This document shows positions 32,156-44,203 of a DNA stretch of 64,000 bases, one piece after another (position 1 is the stretch's first letter; every line of letters starts with the position of its first letter). Below the pieces are notes generated by a model. It made no database searches. It had not been told where the DNA came from and saw nothing but the letters and a program-made list of their open reading frames with translations. The position numbers and the translations under genes were made by a program. Origin of the DNA: the human T2T-CHM13v2.0 reference genome, Homo sapiens; the NCBI RefSeq assembly GCF_009914755.1, contig NC_060929.1; one strand, 5' to 3'.

Positions 32156-32544
32156 TACAACACTTATTATCACAGACTGAAGTGAGAGAAAGCTATACAG
32201 CATAGCTTATTATTCTAGTTAGATCCTGAGAGGTAATAAGTGTAACAAAAACAAGAAGCTATTTAAATCTGTTGAGCTTGTGATATGTCCCTGGCTCAAC
32301 AACAAATTGGCTTTCTAATAATCCCAATGGAATGTCAATGAAAATTAAATTGTTAGAACCATTTTAAATAAATAAATTGAAAGTTTGAAAATCTGGAATA
32401 TGTAGAAATTTAATATGCCCTTAATATTTCCTATTCTTAATTTAGAAAAATACGTATCGCCAAACCGTGGAGTTTCACACGTGATATTAGGACTGTGGAC
32501 AAGGAATTATATACTAAATGCTAAAGAACAGTGTTTTTTAATGT

Positions 32545-33036
32545 ACATTAAGAATGTTTTGGTTACTAACAGAAAAGCATATCAAAGTGACTTAAAAAGT
32601 GATGTAACACATTGGTGCGCATAACTAGAAGTTGAGTTCCTGTTGGCTCTAAAGTTGTTTAATCCAAACCTACATTGATTTCTTCAAATATCTAGTTTCT
32701 TTCTTTGTCTCCAATTTGTCATATTCATCTTAAAACTGGACCCTAACTCATTGATTCATCACTGAACAATTTTTCCTCCATTCCGTTTCACTGGGCCAGT
32801 GTAAGAAACTATGCTGTTCTTGAGCCAGTGACTATCAGCAAGTGAACATCATGCCCGAATTGGTTCAGGTCTGGGTTTATTAACCAATTACTTCCAAGTA
32901 TGATGCTGTTACCATGATAGGCTTAGACTCAACAGGGTCTGCTGCCCAACATGAAATCATTTCCCTAAATTACACGGTACTTCGCAATGGAATAAAGGTG
33001 AAACGGATGCTGTGATATCACTTACGATATCCATCA
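32545..33036 (-). mobile_element. MLT1K/L-like MaLR LTR
   Basis: 'ttttggttactaacagaaaagc...aagtgacttaaa', 'ttgagccagtgact', 'ccatgataggcttagactcaa'. Confidence 0.6.
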
Positions 33037-33042
33037 ATCTTA

Positions 33043-33521
33043 CTATGGCAGACACTATTATTTCCCCCATATTCCCTTGTTTTCTTCTTTTTAAGTAAAA
33101 GGCTCTTCAGGTTTTTAGCCATATACATGGCCATTTCACATAGACACTCTATTTTCCAGTCTTCCAGTCTCATTTGCAGTAAGCTCTGGCCATATGGTTA
33201 ATTTCTAGTCAAAAACATGTCATGTTCAACTTCCAAGGTATGTCCTTAAATAGGGAACATATTGTCCTCATTCTTCTCAGCTCCTGAAGTTTGAATACCA
33301 ATTTAGTGGCTAAAGCTTGAGATACTATCTTGGAGTGTGTTGCTAATGGTGGAGCAACAAGGAGCCTAGTTCCTGATATCATGGAGCTCATATCTAGCCC
33401 TGGAACACTTAGCTGCAGACTTCATTTTCATCAGGGATAGAAATAAAGTTATATTTTAGTCTAGCAACTATTTACTTCAGGTGTTTTGGCATTCATGGAA
33501 AAGTCTCATCCTAACTTATAC
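33043..33521 (+). mobile_element. MLT1J-like MaLR LTR
   Basis: 'atggcagacac...tttgcagtaagctctggccatatggttaatttctagtc...gaaataaagtt...tcctaacttatac'. Confidence 0.7.
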
Positions 33522-34199
33522 TTAATTATTTTACCAAATACTGTTGCCTACATTATATGATTGTGCTTTAAAAGTCTCATCGTTACAGTATACATTGATT
33601 AGGACCAGTATTTGAGAGTGTGCATCTCAAAGTTCTGTATCCATAGTTTAGTAACCACCTGTAGTTTTGTTAGCATGAAAACAACTTCTGACTCTCTTTA
33701 TGCAAATACCTGTAGGCCATTATCTGCTAAATCTTTCTTAAATATGTGGTATATATTAGCCTACGTTTATTTGTCTATTAATACTTGCAAAAGCCACAGC
33801 AAAACATGATGTATATAAGTAGGATGATTTTTTGTTATCAAAACTGAATGATAGCTATAGGAAACCAGTGAGTACCATTAATTCACTCTGTTCAATTCTT
33901 TGCACTTACCTTCTTTCAGACTCGTTCATCAGTTTCACTTTAGTTTATCTCAGTTTCTATTTTTGGCACCTGTGAGATATGGATGCTTTTTGTTTGTTTG
34001 CTCACCTCTCCCCAACCCTCCCTACTCAGTCCCTCAGGAATACTGAGACTAGAGAAATTCATCTTCCCCTACCATGAAAACATTTTTCTGGGGCCTAACA
34101 TACCTGATCTTTATCTTCCAAAGTTAGAAAATTCAGTTACTTTGGCGACAGCTTGGGAATGAGGTAGGTTCTCCAAGTTTAGCAGAGTAGAAAACTATC

Positions 34200-34340
34200 T
34201 AAAATAGTTTTGTTCAGGGTGTCCAGACATTTAATAAAACATTTTTTACCCACAGAAAATGTGGTCCCTTAGAGGAGAAGCAAGGTCCTGAGCCAAACTT
34301 TATAATGTACGTTCCTAGGAGGGAAAGCGAGGGAAATTCA
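34200..34340 (+). promoter_or_regulatory. Putative core promoter (not a CpG island)
   Basis: Unique sequence where GC and CpG content rise; TATAAT at 34301-34306 and an Inr match TCAGTCC at 34338-34344 (spacing ~39 nt, longer than canonical). Confidence 0.5.
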
Positions 34341-34350
34341 GTCCACCGCT

Positions 34351-34381
<31 letters not shown>

Positions 34382-34892
34382 AGGAGTTGCAGTGCAGAGT
34401 ATCATTGCAGCGCTTTTCCAGGGAGTAACGTGCTGCACTGGTTCAGGGCTTTGTCTTTATTCACAACACATTCATGTGCCTCAGCATGGGGGCAGCTGCA
34501 CTGTTGCCTGCCAGCCTGTCCTCTTTGACTGCCGAATGAACCAAAGGATAACTCTCCATTCGTGAGAGAGAGTGAGCTACAGAGGAAGAAAGACCACGCA
34601 AAAGGGAGGGGGAGAGAGGGGGGCGAAGAGGATGTTCTCCGGCTCACTCCTACATTAGGTCTCTGTGCAAAGGCAGAGGCTGTGGGAGCAGCATCAAGCA
34701 AGACTTCGGGCAGTGATTCTAACTATTGCCTATGAACACCGTGGCTGGGACGACTTTGACGAGGCAATTTATTACTTACGCATAGAACACTGGCTGTGCT
34801 GAAACTGGGAGCGCAAACAGCCCCTTGTTTTCTAATTTAGAGACTTGCATCTTTTCGACACTCAACAGTATCAAGACACTCTGCTACTACAG
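34340..34892 (+). other. Putative non-coding first (5' UTR) exon of an unidentified gene; start approximate
   Basis: About 18 CpGs in 34300-34900 against a CpG-poor background, purine-rich tract, strong donor CAG|GTAAGA at 34892/34893, no ATG-initiated frame open across the donor. Confidence 0.7.
34351..34380 (+). repeat. (CTGC)7 / CCTG-type tetranucleotide repeat
   Basis: ctgcctgcctgcctgcctgcctgcctgcct. Confidence 0.97.
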
Positions 34893-37800
34893 GTAAGACG
34901 CAGTTAAGATTTGTCTATTTGTGACATCATTACACTTTAACACACTTTAAACTATGAATACTTTTTTTATATTGTGCCTGGTCTATGTTGAACTGCCTTT
35001 TTCCCTTCATATTAGCCTCTCTTCAAGTAAATAATTTCACTAAGAAAAAACTGCTGTTAAATGAAGGAACCACTACTAAATCTTTGCTAAGAGGAATCTA
35101 CATAATTGTATTTCCATGAGCTCTGAGTTCACAGTTGGGAACTTGAACTTAAACTGGGATCTGGGATGCATTTCATAATATATATATATATTTTTTTTTT
35201 CTAAATGTACTGAATTATTCACTATCATTTGGATAAGCCAAAATTATTCTCTTGCTACAGTGCTGTGCTGTGTATATGTTTAGTGGCTTTTTTTTTTTTT
35301 TTAAACCTCATAGTTTGGGGAAACTAATGATGAGGCACATAACTTGTGGAGTTTGATCACATCATTACCATGTGGTGTAATCTACTCAGTCAGAAAGATG
35401 TGCTGTTCTAGCCTTTACTGAGAAGGTGTTATCTTGTGTACATACATATATCATCAATAGGTAGCATGAACATGTGAAATATTTGTAAGACTAAGAGAAA
35501 ATGCAAGGATGGTGATAATTCACATGCTGTATGATATCATTGAGTCTCGAGTTTGCTTTACATAAAAATTACAAAATTACCTTTGTTTTTATAACTGGTC
35601 TCCATCTTCACTTGTCAGTTTTTACAAAATAAAATTAGCTTTCAGGTGAGGTCACTCGGAGTTGTTGATATAGCTGGGAAAACTGTAATCACAGAAACAT
35701 ATTAATAATGTGTTGAATGTCTATAGAGATATAGGAGTAATATTATCAAGAGGCTTGTACAATTTTCCTCTGCTCTGTTTTGATAAGAGCATCTCATAGT
35801 ATTAGTCACTTGTAACTTGGATTGATTCTGCTGTCCCATTCAGGGTCCCAATGACTTGGAAGTAAAATTACATTGTTGTCTGTGATCAAAGCTAAAAGCT
35901 AGGAAGATTTAATAATAAAGTCTTCTTTCCTTGACATTTTTGCTTAAATTTACCCGATCTAATATATATATTTTTCTATCCATGTGTGTCTGAGGTGTTC
36001 TTTCTATTAACCGTATTTTATATAAGAGCTGCTCCTATTTGAATTCCTACACCTGAACTATTTAATTGCTGATAATTGGGCATCATTAGATTGACCCTTG
36101 GATAGCTAATGGCTTTAACTTTGACATACAATAAAATATGTAGCATAAGATTAAAGCAGCTCCTAGCAGAGCACATGTTTAACAGTGAAGTATTGTGAAA
36201 ATAGAACCATTTGCATTTAAAAATACATAATTCATTGGAAGACTTGTGATTCTTGTTCTTGTGCATGACTTATTTCATTTCCAATTTCACTTACAAAAGG
36301 TTTAAGTCCTTGGGGAATGTATGTAAAATATTCATTTGACTGAGGGTGTGAAAATTAAAGGAGGAATGAATTATTACTACAGTGACTTTTTTTTAGGAGT
36401 TTTTGAAAGTTAGTAACTGGCATGAATGTAAAAAATTAATTTGAGAGTCTCTCCTAGGGTACACCAAAAAAAAGCAAGAAAATGTTGATGTGAAATATAT
36501 GTCAATATGCGAAATTACTCAGAAGATGAAAGGGAATGAAAATAGAAAAGAGAAGTTTTACAGTCTGTAAAAGGAAGAATATTTTCAGTAAACATAAACT
36601 CTATACTCTTTCTTTTATGACTGATAAGGAAACAAGGTATCAAGAATAGTATTTATCCAACATGAATGAAATCCCAGTGGCCACATATGAGGTGCAAAAA
36701 TAAATGTTCTTTTTACTTAGTTAATAAATTTGAATATACAATTACTGAAATTGTATCTTGCATGAAATATTTATTGAAGTTATAAAGTTAGAAAAGTCAC
36801 TGACAAACTATTTCAAAGTTTATTAATATTCATATTCTTTATTCATATGATTTATATGTTTTCCTTTCTTCCTAAGGAATGCGTATACTCAACACAATAG
36901 TATATGTGCTTTGTTTTGAAACTTTTCAACATTAGTTTTAAAATTACTTACTAAAAATCGTTCAGACCAGTCATCTCATTTCTCCAAAAAGAGACATATT
37001 CTAGATTTTCTTCTTGGATATACTACAAAAGCACTAACTTTATATTTATACACATTAAAGCAATATGCATTGTTTAATGATTTATAACATTCAGTATTAT
37101 GTTTGTTTCTCCAAACTTTCTAGTTTTTCCAACTGTTAGAACTTTACAAATGTCTTATAAGAGTAAATTCATTATTACTATGATTTTCAGGGTCTTGGAG
37201 TTGTAAACTGTTTTAGACAGAACCTTTTAAAAATTATTGGAGTAGTCATCTCATTAATAACACTTTTAAGTATTTTTTCAACAATTACCTGATATATTTT
37301 GGCAAGAATATGTCCCTCCTCTCAATTTCTTTAGAATTTCAACTTTTCTACTAGAGAAAGTTTGGAAAACTTTTCTTTCAATGTCACTTTATGTTTGAAC
37401 TAGATCAGAAGTTGTAAACTTATCTGGATCTTTAGTAATGTCAGATTAGATAATATAGTTATTGTAATACTCTTTTTGACATGGGGGAGTTTTCATGTGA
37501 TGCAGAACGTATTAGCTAAGGTGGAATTTGGTTAAGTTAGTTTTGAGGCTTTGGATGATGTAACAAAAGTTAAAAACAAAATATTTCATTTCCTTGCTAT
37601 CTGAGGGGATATAAACTCTGTCCTCTGCAAGCATACTGCATCAATTATTTATAATTTGTTGAAATAGATTTTGTTTTCATTGATGTGGTATTGGTCTACT
37701 GAAATGTTTCTTCTTGATTTTCAACAGGAATTTTATTTTTATATTTCTGGGGGTATTACGTGAGTCTTTCACTGGAATCACGAACAGTTCCTTTGAAAGT

Positions 37801-40800
37801 CTCAACAATGTAAAAAAAAGACTGTAATCTCCAGTCCTTTTTCATGATGATATTAATATTGAAGCATGAATAGAAATAGCTACAACTAAAAATTCTGAAA
37901 TAACAAGCAAGAATAAGTAATGAGAGACCTCCAGCTAGTTTTCTGGCTCAGTTACTTCACTTAAATATCTTCTTAGACTGTGGTGTGGATCCTGGAAGTC
38001 AAAGCTTCTTGCTGATCTCAGTGACATAGAACTGGCAAGAAACAGCTTCCTCATGCTGCCTGTAGGCACCAGTCAACACTGACCCTTAGGAAGAATTTTT
38101 TGGACTGAAATAATTGTTGTATTTTAAGTTATCTACAAGTAAAATACAATAGCCTGTTCAAGTAAGTTAAGAATTATCATAATTGTAAAATGCTGATTGG
38201 CTGTTTTGAAGTCAGTTGCAGTATACATTTTAAAGGTCATATTTCAAAAGACTGAAATAGCCATAAACTTTGAAGGGCAAAACTATTTGATCTCTGTATT
38301 GTTTTTATGAAATAATTAATAATATTTCAATACACAATTATACAATCATCTTTAAAAATATAGTAATAGGTGTATCCTACTTCAAGGAGTGCTGGGATAG
38401 TAAAACCTGTTTATTCCATAAAATGCTAACTTGAAAAGTTTATTATTATCTTAAGACGTATTTTTCCCAGAAAGCTAGTCAAAGTGGTTTTTAAAGAACA
38501 ACTTTATTGAAATGCATTAAATACCATTAATTTTACTAAAAACATTGATTCACAACTAGTTAGAAATCTAACCACCAGGCAAAGTGAGGTTTGTTTGCAA
38601 CCACAATTACAGGAGTATATGTGTGAACTTACAAATGGAAACAATCCTAATTTTAAAACATAGCATCCATTCATTTACTTTCCTAAAACCATGTAAATGC
38701 AAAATGGCAACACCATCTTAGCTTATACATTAGTTCTAATGTGATTATAATAGTAGGATACATAACAGCAAAGGAACATGCTCATATGGAGAAAGGTTAA
38801 ATTGTTAGTTTTGTACTGTATGAAAAGTCAGAGATTAAAGAGTCTTCCCTTATGTGAACTTTCTTTATTAGATTAAAGGGTTCCTGACATTTCAGAAAAG
38901 TTCTGTTCAAATTAGCTTCCAGTGTTTTTCTTTAATCTGCACAGGCAAATATTACATGCTTTAAGGTTGCTCTTAGAAGGTAACAGCTTCCAATTAATTA
39001 GTTTCTGCTGACAGATATATACATTGTAAATACAAACCATAGGGTTCCAATAAAGAAGTTAATTCAGTTCCTGCAAGAGAAGACTGGGATCTATATTCTC
39101 TTTTAAGTATTATTTTAAAAATACTAAACATTAGGCAATTATATAAAGAAGGCAAATTTCTACTTGTGATTAAAAGAGATTATATTAACACCTCAAAAGA
39201 GAGTATGTAATTTTCAATGTGTTTAATAAACACGAAGTATGAATTTAGGTACTTTCAAATTGATATTATCTCAAAGATTCTTTTTTTGCAATATAAATAT
39301 TCATTAATTTTTCACAGGAAATATTATAAGTTGTCCTATAATTCAGTTTATTATTTTGTTCAAACAATAATCAGAATATTTAATTGTGTGAAGCAAGGGA
39401 AGGAAATATGGCAAGCTTTTTAGTAAAACTACTTCAGTCTAAAATAGCATTTTTACAGCCCTATTTGCTGCAATAAATTCTAAATCATATGTTAAGAATA
39501 CATTTCTTATCATCTGGAGCACCTATAGAATGTCATCACCATATCTTCCCTTTAAAAACCCAGGTCTTCTAAATGATGTTTCAGTTCCAACTGAAAACAT
39601 GTGGTGAGTCCAGATGTTCAAACGCAATCACTCCCCAAAGGCTTACAGTTACAGGTTGATTCAAGAATGGCTATGTATAAATACACACATCAGAACCCTA
39701 ATTTAAAATTAGAACGCAGGCTGTGAAGTGCATAAAAATGGTAAGAAACCACAGTTGGCTGTGTAAATTCCTTGTTCAAATGAAAATGCATTCTCCGCCC
39801 CATCAATGTAGCACATCTGGTAGAGTCAATAAATTCTTACAAAAGTTTTAATATATATGTAAAAGGATAGATAATAGATATGACAATATTATGTGAATAA
39901 GAAATATGGTTTGCTTGGTAACCTTATTTTAAAGAAATTTTGAATGGTATCATTGGTCTGGTCTGGAAGTTTCAGGGTTCAAAGTGTTTAAAATGATTAA
40001 TTCCTCTAGTAATTTACAGTGATTAAGGCATAATGAAACAAAAGGTGATTACAGGAATAATAACAATTGTTTTGATTTCTTAACAGTTAATTCAAACCTC
40101 AAACTAACAAGAACATCAGAAAGAGAACTTTTCCCTAAGGAAAGCAACACTTGCTAACTAAGGATATTTATGATTCTGTGCTGGCTAATTTATCCAGACA
40201 GATAAAACAAAAGCAAGTGGTACATGCTGGAACAGTGAAAACAGCAGACAGATTTATGAACCAGAGGCAACTCTTCTGGGACTCCTCCATAATTGAGTTC
40301 TTTAAAATCATGCATTTCATTGCTTCATATTTTCCTTTTTCTTTCAATCCTCCTTTTATAAGTCACATTTCCAAGAGTCTGAACAAGGGTAGGAAAACCC
40401 ATCTTCAGCATTTTCTTACTTCAAAATTTATTATGCATGTTGTAATCAGATCTCCCAAACCACTCAATAACTTTCCCTCTAGTCATAATACTGTCACCAA
40501 GCCAAAACGGTAAGGTTGAAATAATCAAAAGAAACTCCCAGTATCAGTGAAGAATGCATGCTGTTTGTTTCTACCTGGATGGGAAAGAAAGTATTCTGGT
40601 TGCATGAGGGTCATGTCAAAAGAATCAAAATCTTACAGACTGAAAGAGTCCACGGATTCAAATCCATTTTAGTTCAATCTATGGGCCACTCTACTTGAAC
40701 TATTGAGGGAATATCTTGCAAAGATGGGAACAAGTATAAACACATTTACCACATGTACCACAAAACTCCATACAAGGGTTAAAGTTGTGTGACTAACATA

Positions 40801-41004
40801 ACAGATACAAAATAGTCTTCCTTATTGCTAGCATAATAAGTATTAGAGGTAGGGGGAGAAGAAGTCAAACATATTCAACTGCTCACTCCCACTTTCAAAA
40901 CATTGGCATATATAGGCCCTTGATCAAAGTGTAATGAGAAAAATATTGCCTGATCAAAGGGAACTTTTGTAACTAATAATTATTCCTACTGTGTCTGATG
41001 TTAC

Positions 41005-41235
41005 TGCTACCAATACTGATTGTTTAACCATATGCTACTCTAGACACTAGATAATACATGTTATCCAATTACAAAAACTGTGTGAAGTCAAAATTAGTAT
41101 CCGTATTTAAAAATCAGTAAATAGACTTGTTTAGATTAAACATCCTGCTCAAGGGCTCACCTGACTTAAAAAAATCAGAGCCAGAATTGAAAGACAGTTC
41201 TATGTGTCTCCCAAATCCTATAACCACTGAGATGT
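41005..41235 (-). mobile_element. MIR SINE
   Basis: 'agattaaacatcctgctcaagggctcac...cagagccagaattgaaagacagttct'. Confidence 0.65.
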
Positions 41236-43555
41236 AATATCTACTATTTTATTCTAGGAATCTGCATACTACTAAGTGGAAGTTAACAATGCACATAATA
41301 CCCAGTAGAAAAACAAAAAGGAAGCAATCGTAGGAATATAAGATCTAAAGGGTATTAAAAATTTACAACTAAGTTAATCAACTTCAGTAATTAATCCTTG
41401 CTTCCAACTATGCTCATTTTCTTTTCTCTTTTTCTTGTCTATTTATTTGACAAGTTTGAAATATATATAGCCTTGTAAAAATGCTGAAACTGAACGGATA
41501 ACAATTTTCCTTATCATTCCCAGAATTTATGAAGTGGTTATTTTCAACCAAATTGTCTAAATCATGGAAATGTCAAAATATCAGTGCATGTCCTGTCGTA
41601 AAAATGAAAATAGGTTCTCCTTGGGGCTTAGTGCCTCTAGCCAAAAACAAAGGATTTGCTTGCTATATTTAAGTCAGCCTGGTTCACTGGCCAAAGAGTT
41701 ACTGTTCCCTCAAACATAAGCAAGATTTTAAAACTGGTGCCATCTGTGCAATGTATATTGCAACACTGTGTTTATCATATTTCTTCAGTTAGGGTCAAAG
41801 TAATTGAGTCAATGCCAATCATCTTCAACTTAAATATTCCCACTTGAATTTCTTTGGAAATCAAGAATGCTGATTATTATGTTATTATTAACCAAATCAC
41901 TCCAATTCATTCTATAAGGTCACTTTTAAAATTATATAGAATTTACAGATATGTTAGACATTTAAACTACAATGTCCATCTGCTTAAAATTATATTTAAA
42001 ATACACTTTTTTATGGTGGAATCTCTAAACACTTGCCTAATTAGTTCCCTGATTTAAATCTGACAATCTATAGTCCACTCTACATAAATAATGGAGGTCA
42101 AGCCTTACAAGCCTTCATTTCTCATAAACATTCCTCATTTCTTAGTCTAGAGTTGTGTGCATGTATTTTTTTTTTGGTTTAAATAAATATGTAGGTAAAC
42201 AGATATATAAACAAATATGTCCATATAGAAACTCTAAGACTTACTGACTTACTCAGGGGGAGTCCAAAGGCCGTAATAGATATCTACATTTGACAAAATT
42301 CAAGGTTTGTCTACTTCTAGCAAAATTTAAAATAACAAAAGGAATTATAAGAGGGCACAAAGAAGATTTAATTTTTAAAATTAATTCTTAACTTTCTTAA
42401 ATTTGCTGAAACTCCATTTAAAGTGAATAAGTACCTAGAACAGTATGAGACACATGCACTAAGTTTTTTTTAATCGTATCATACAACAGTTACTTGTGTA
42501 TTTCAGGGCTTGCTACGATTTGGTTAGCAAATCCTTGTGCGTGTTTAGCTTTCTTTGCTCTTTTTTGGGAAGAAAGGTTATATGGTTCTGCTGTTCTTGA
42601 TCATTATTATCAGAGTTTTTTGCTTGTAGAAGGTTTAAAGGGTTTTTAAGCTGTTTGAGTGAACAGCTACTTAACATCTACATTTTGCTTAACTAAACTA
42701 GATGGAGCACTATTACCTGCTAGTACTCGGTGCTGATATTAACGAGGTGACAGCATCCAAAGTTCTCAGTTGTCACTGTGTTAAGAAACAAGAACCAGTT
42801 AGTTACCTTTGGATTTCCTGCACTATTACTTTGGTTTAAGGCAATCGTGGAGATAAGCAGTTGGAGTTGCAGGTCACGCCTGGATTTATCAAATATTCAG
42901 ATGAATTACAGAATGACGTTTGGCTAAGATTCATGAATGTACGTCAATCAACTGAGTGATGGCTTAAAATGTGGTTGAAAAATCAATTATAGAGCAATAA
43001 AGTAAAGCAGCTTCAGAATATAACTTAAAATATAAATAAATATCCGTGATTCCATACTGATATAAATAAATGCTTGAAAAAAGTAAATGGGAGAGTAGAT
43101 GAATCTCCCATGCAAAAAAAAAAAATTGCAGATAATTCATGCAAATACACTGCTCTAACGAACATGGGGCATAATTCTCCACTCCTTCAGTGTTGGATGC
43201 TTTTACTGACTGCTTTCCATAGGCTTCACTATTAAAAAGGGGCAGGAGGAACAGGGGTTTTATAGTGGCAAAATCTGACAGATGTTACCTCACTCACGTG
43301 GTGACAATCAACATCAAAAGTGTATCCAATAAAAACAAATCTGGACTCCTCAGAGAAAGAGAAACTTTATTCAAAAAGACTATTGTAACAGGTAGATAGC
43401 TCTGATCTCAGAAATCTGCAAGTGTCTCAAAATTTAACAGTAAAAGGCTCTTCTTTAATAGAGTAAGAAGGGATAAGCAGTATATAAAAGCAAATTGTGT
43501 GCTATGAGCTGAATTGTGCCACCGTATTCACATCTTAAAATCCTCATCCCCGGGA

Positions 43556-44203
<648 letters not shown>

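Noticed and set aside
34402-34701. 99-aa and 74-aa minus-strand ORFs over the putative first exon
   Set aside because: No recognisable protein similarity; explained by higher GC and the antisense of simple repeats; the 99-aa ORF starts at a non-ATG codon.
34780-34810. REST/RE1 element in the exon
   Set aside because: Only a partial left half-site (TTCAGCAC on the minus strand); no GGACAG right half.
34340-34892. Assigning a gene symbol to the first exon
   Set aside because: No coding sequence in the window and I do not recognise the UTR with confidence; a transcript search is needed.
34300-34900. CpG island call
   Set aside because: CpG is raised only relative to background (about 18 in 600 bp) and appears below usual island density.
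40151-40513. 120-aa ORF in unique sequence
   Set aside because: Starts at TTG, has AT-rich composition, no recognisable domain and no acceptor context; within chance expectation for 64 kb.
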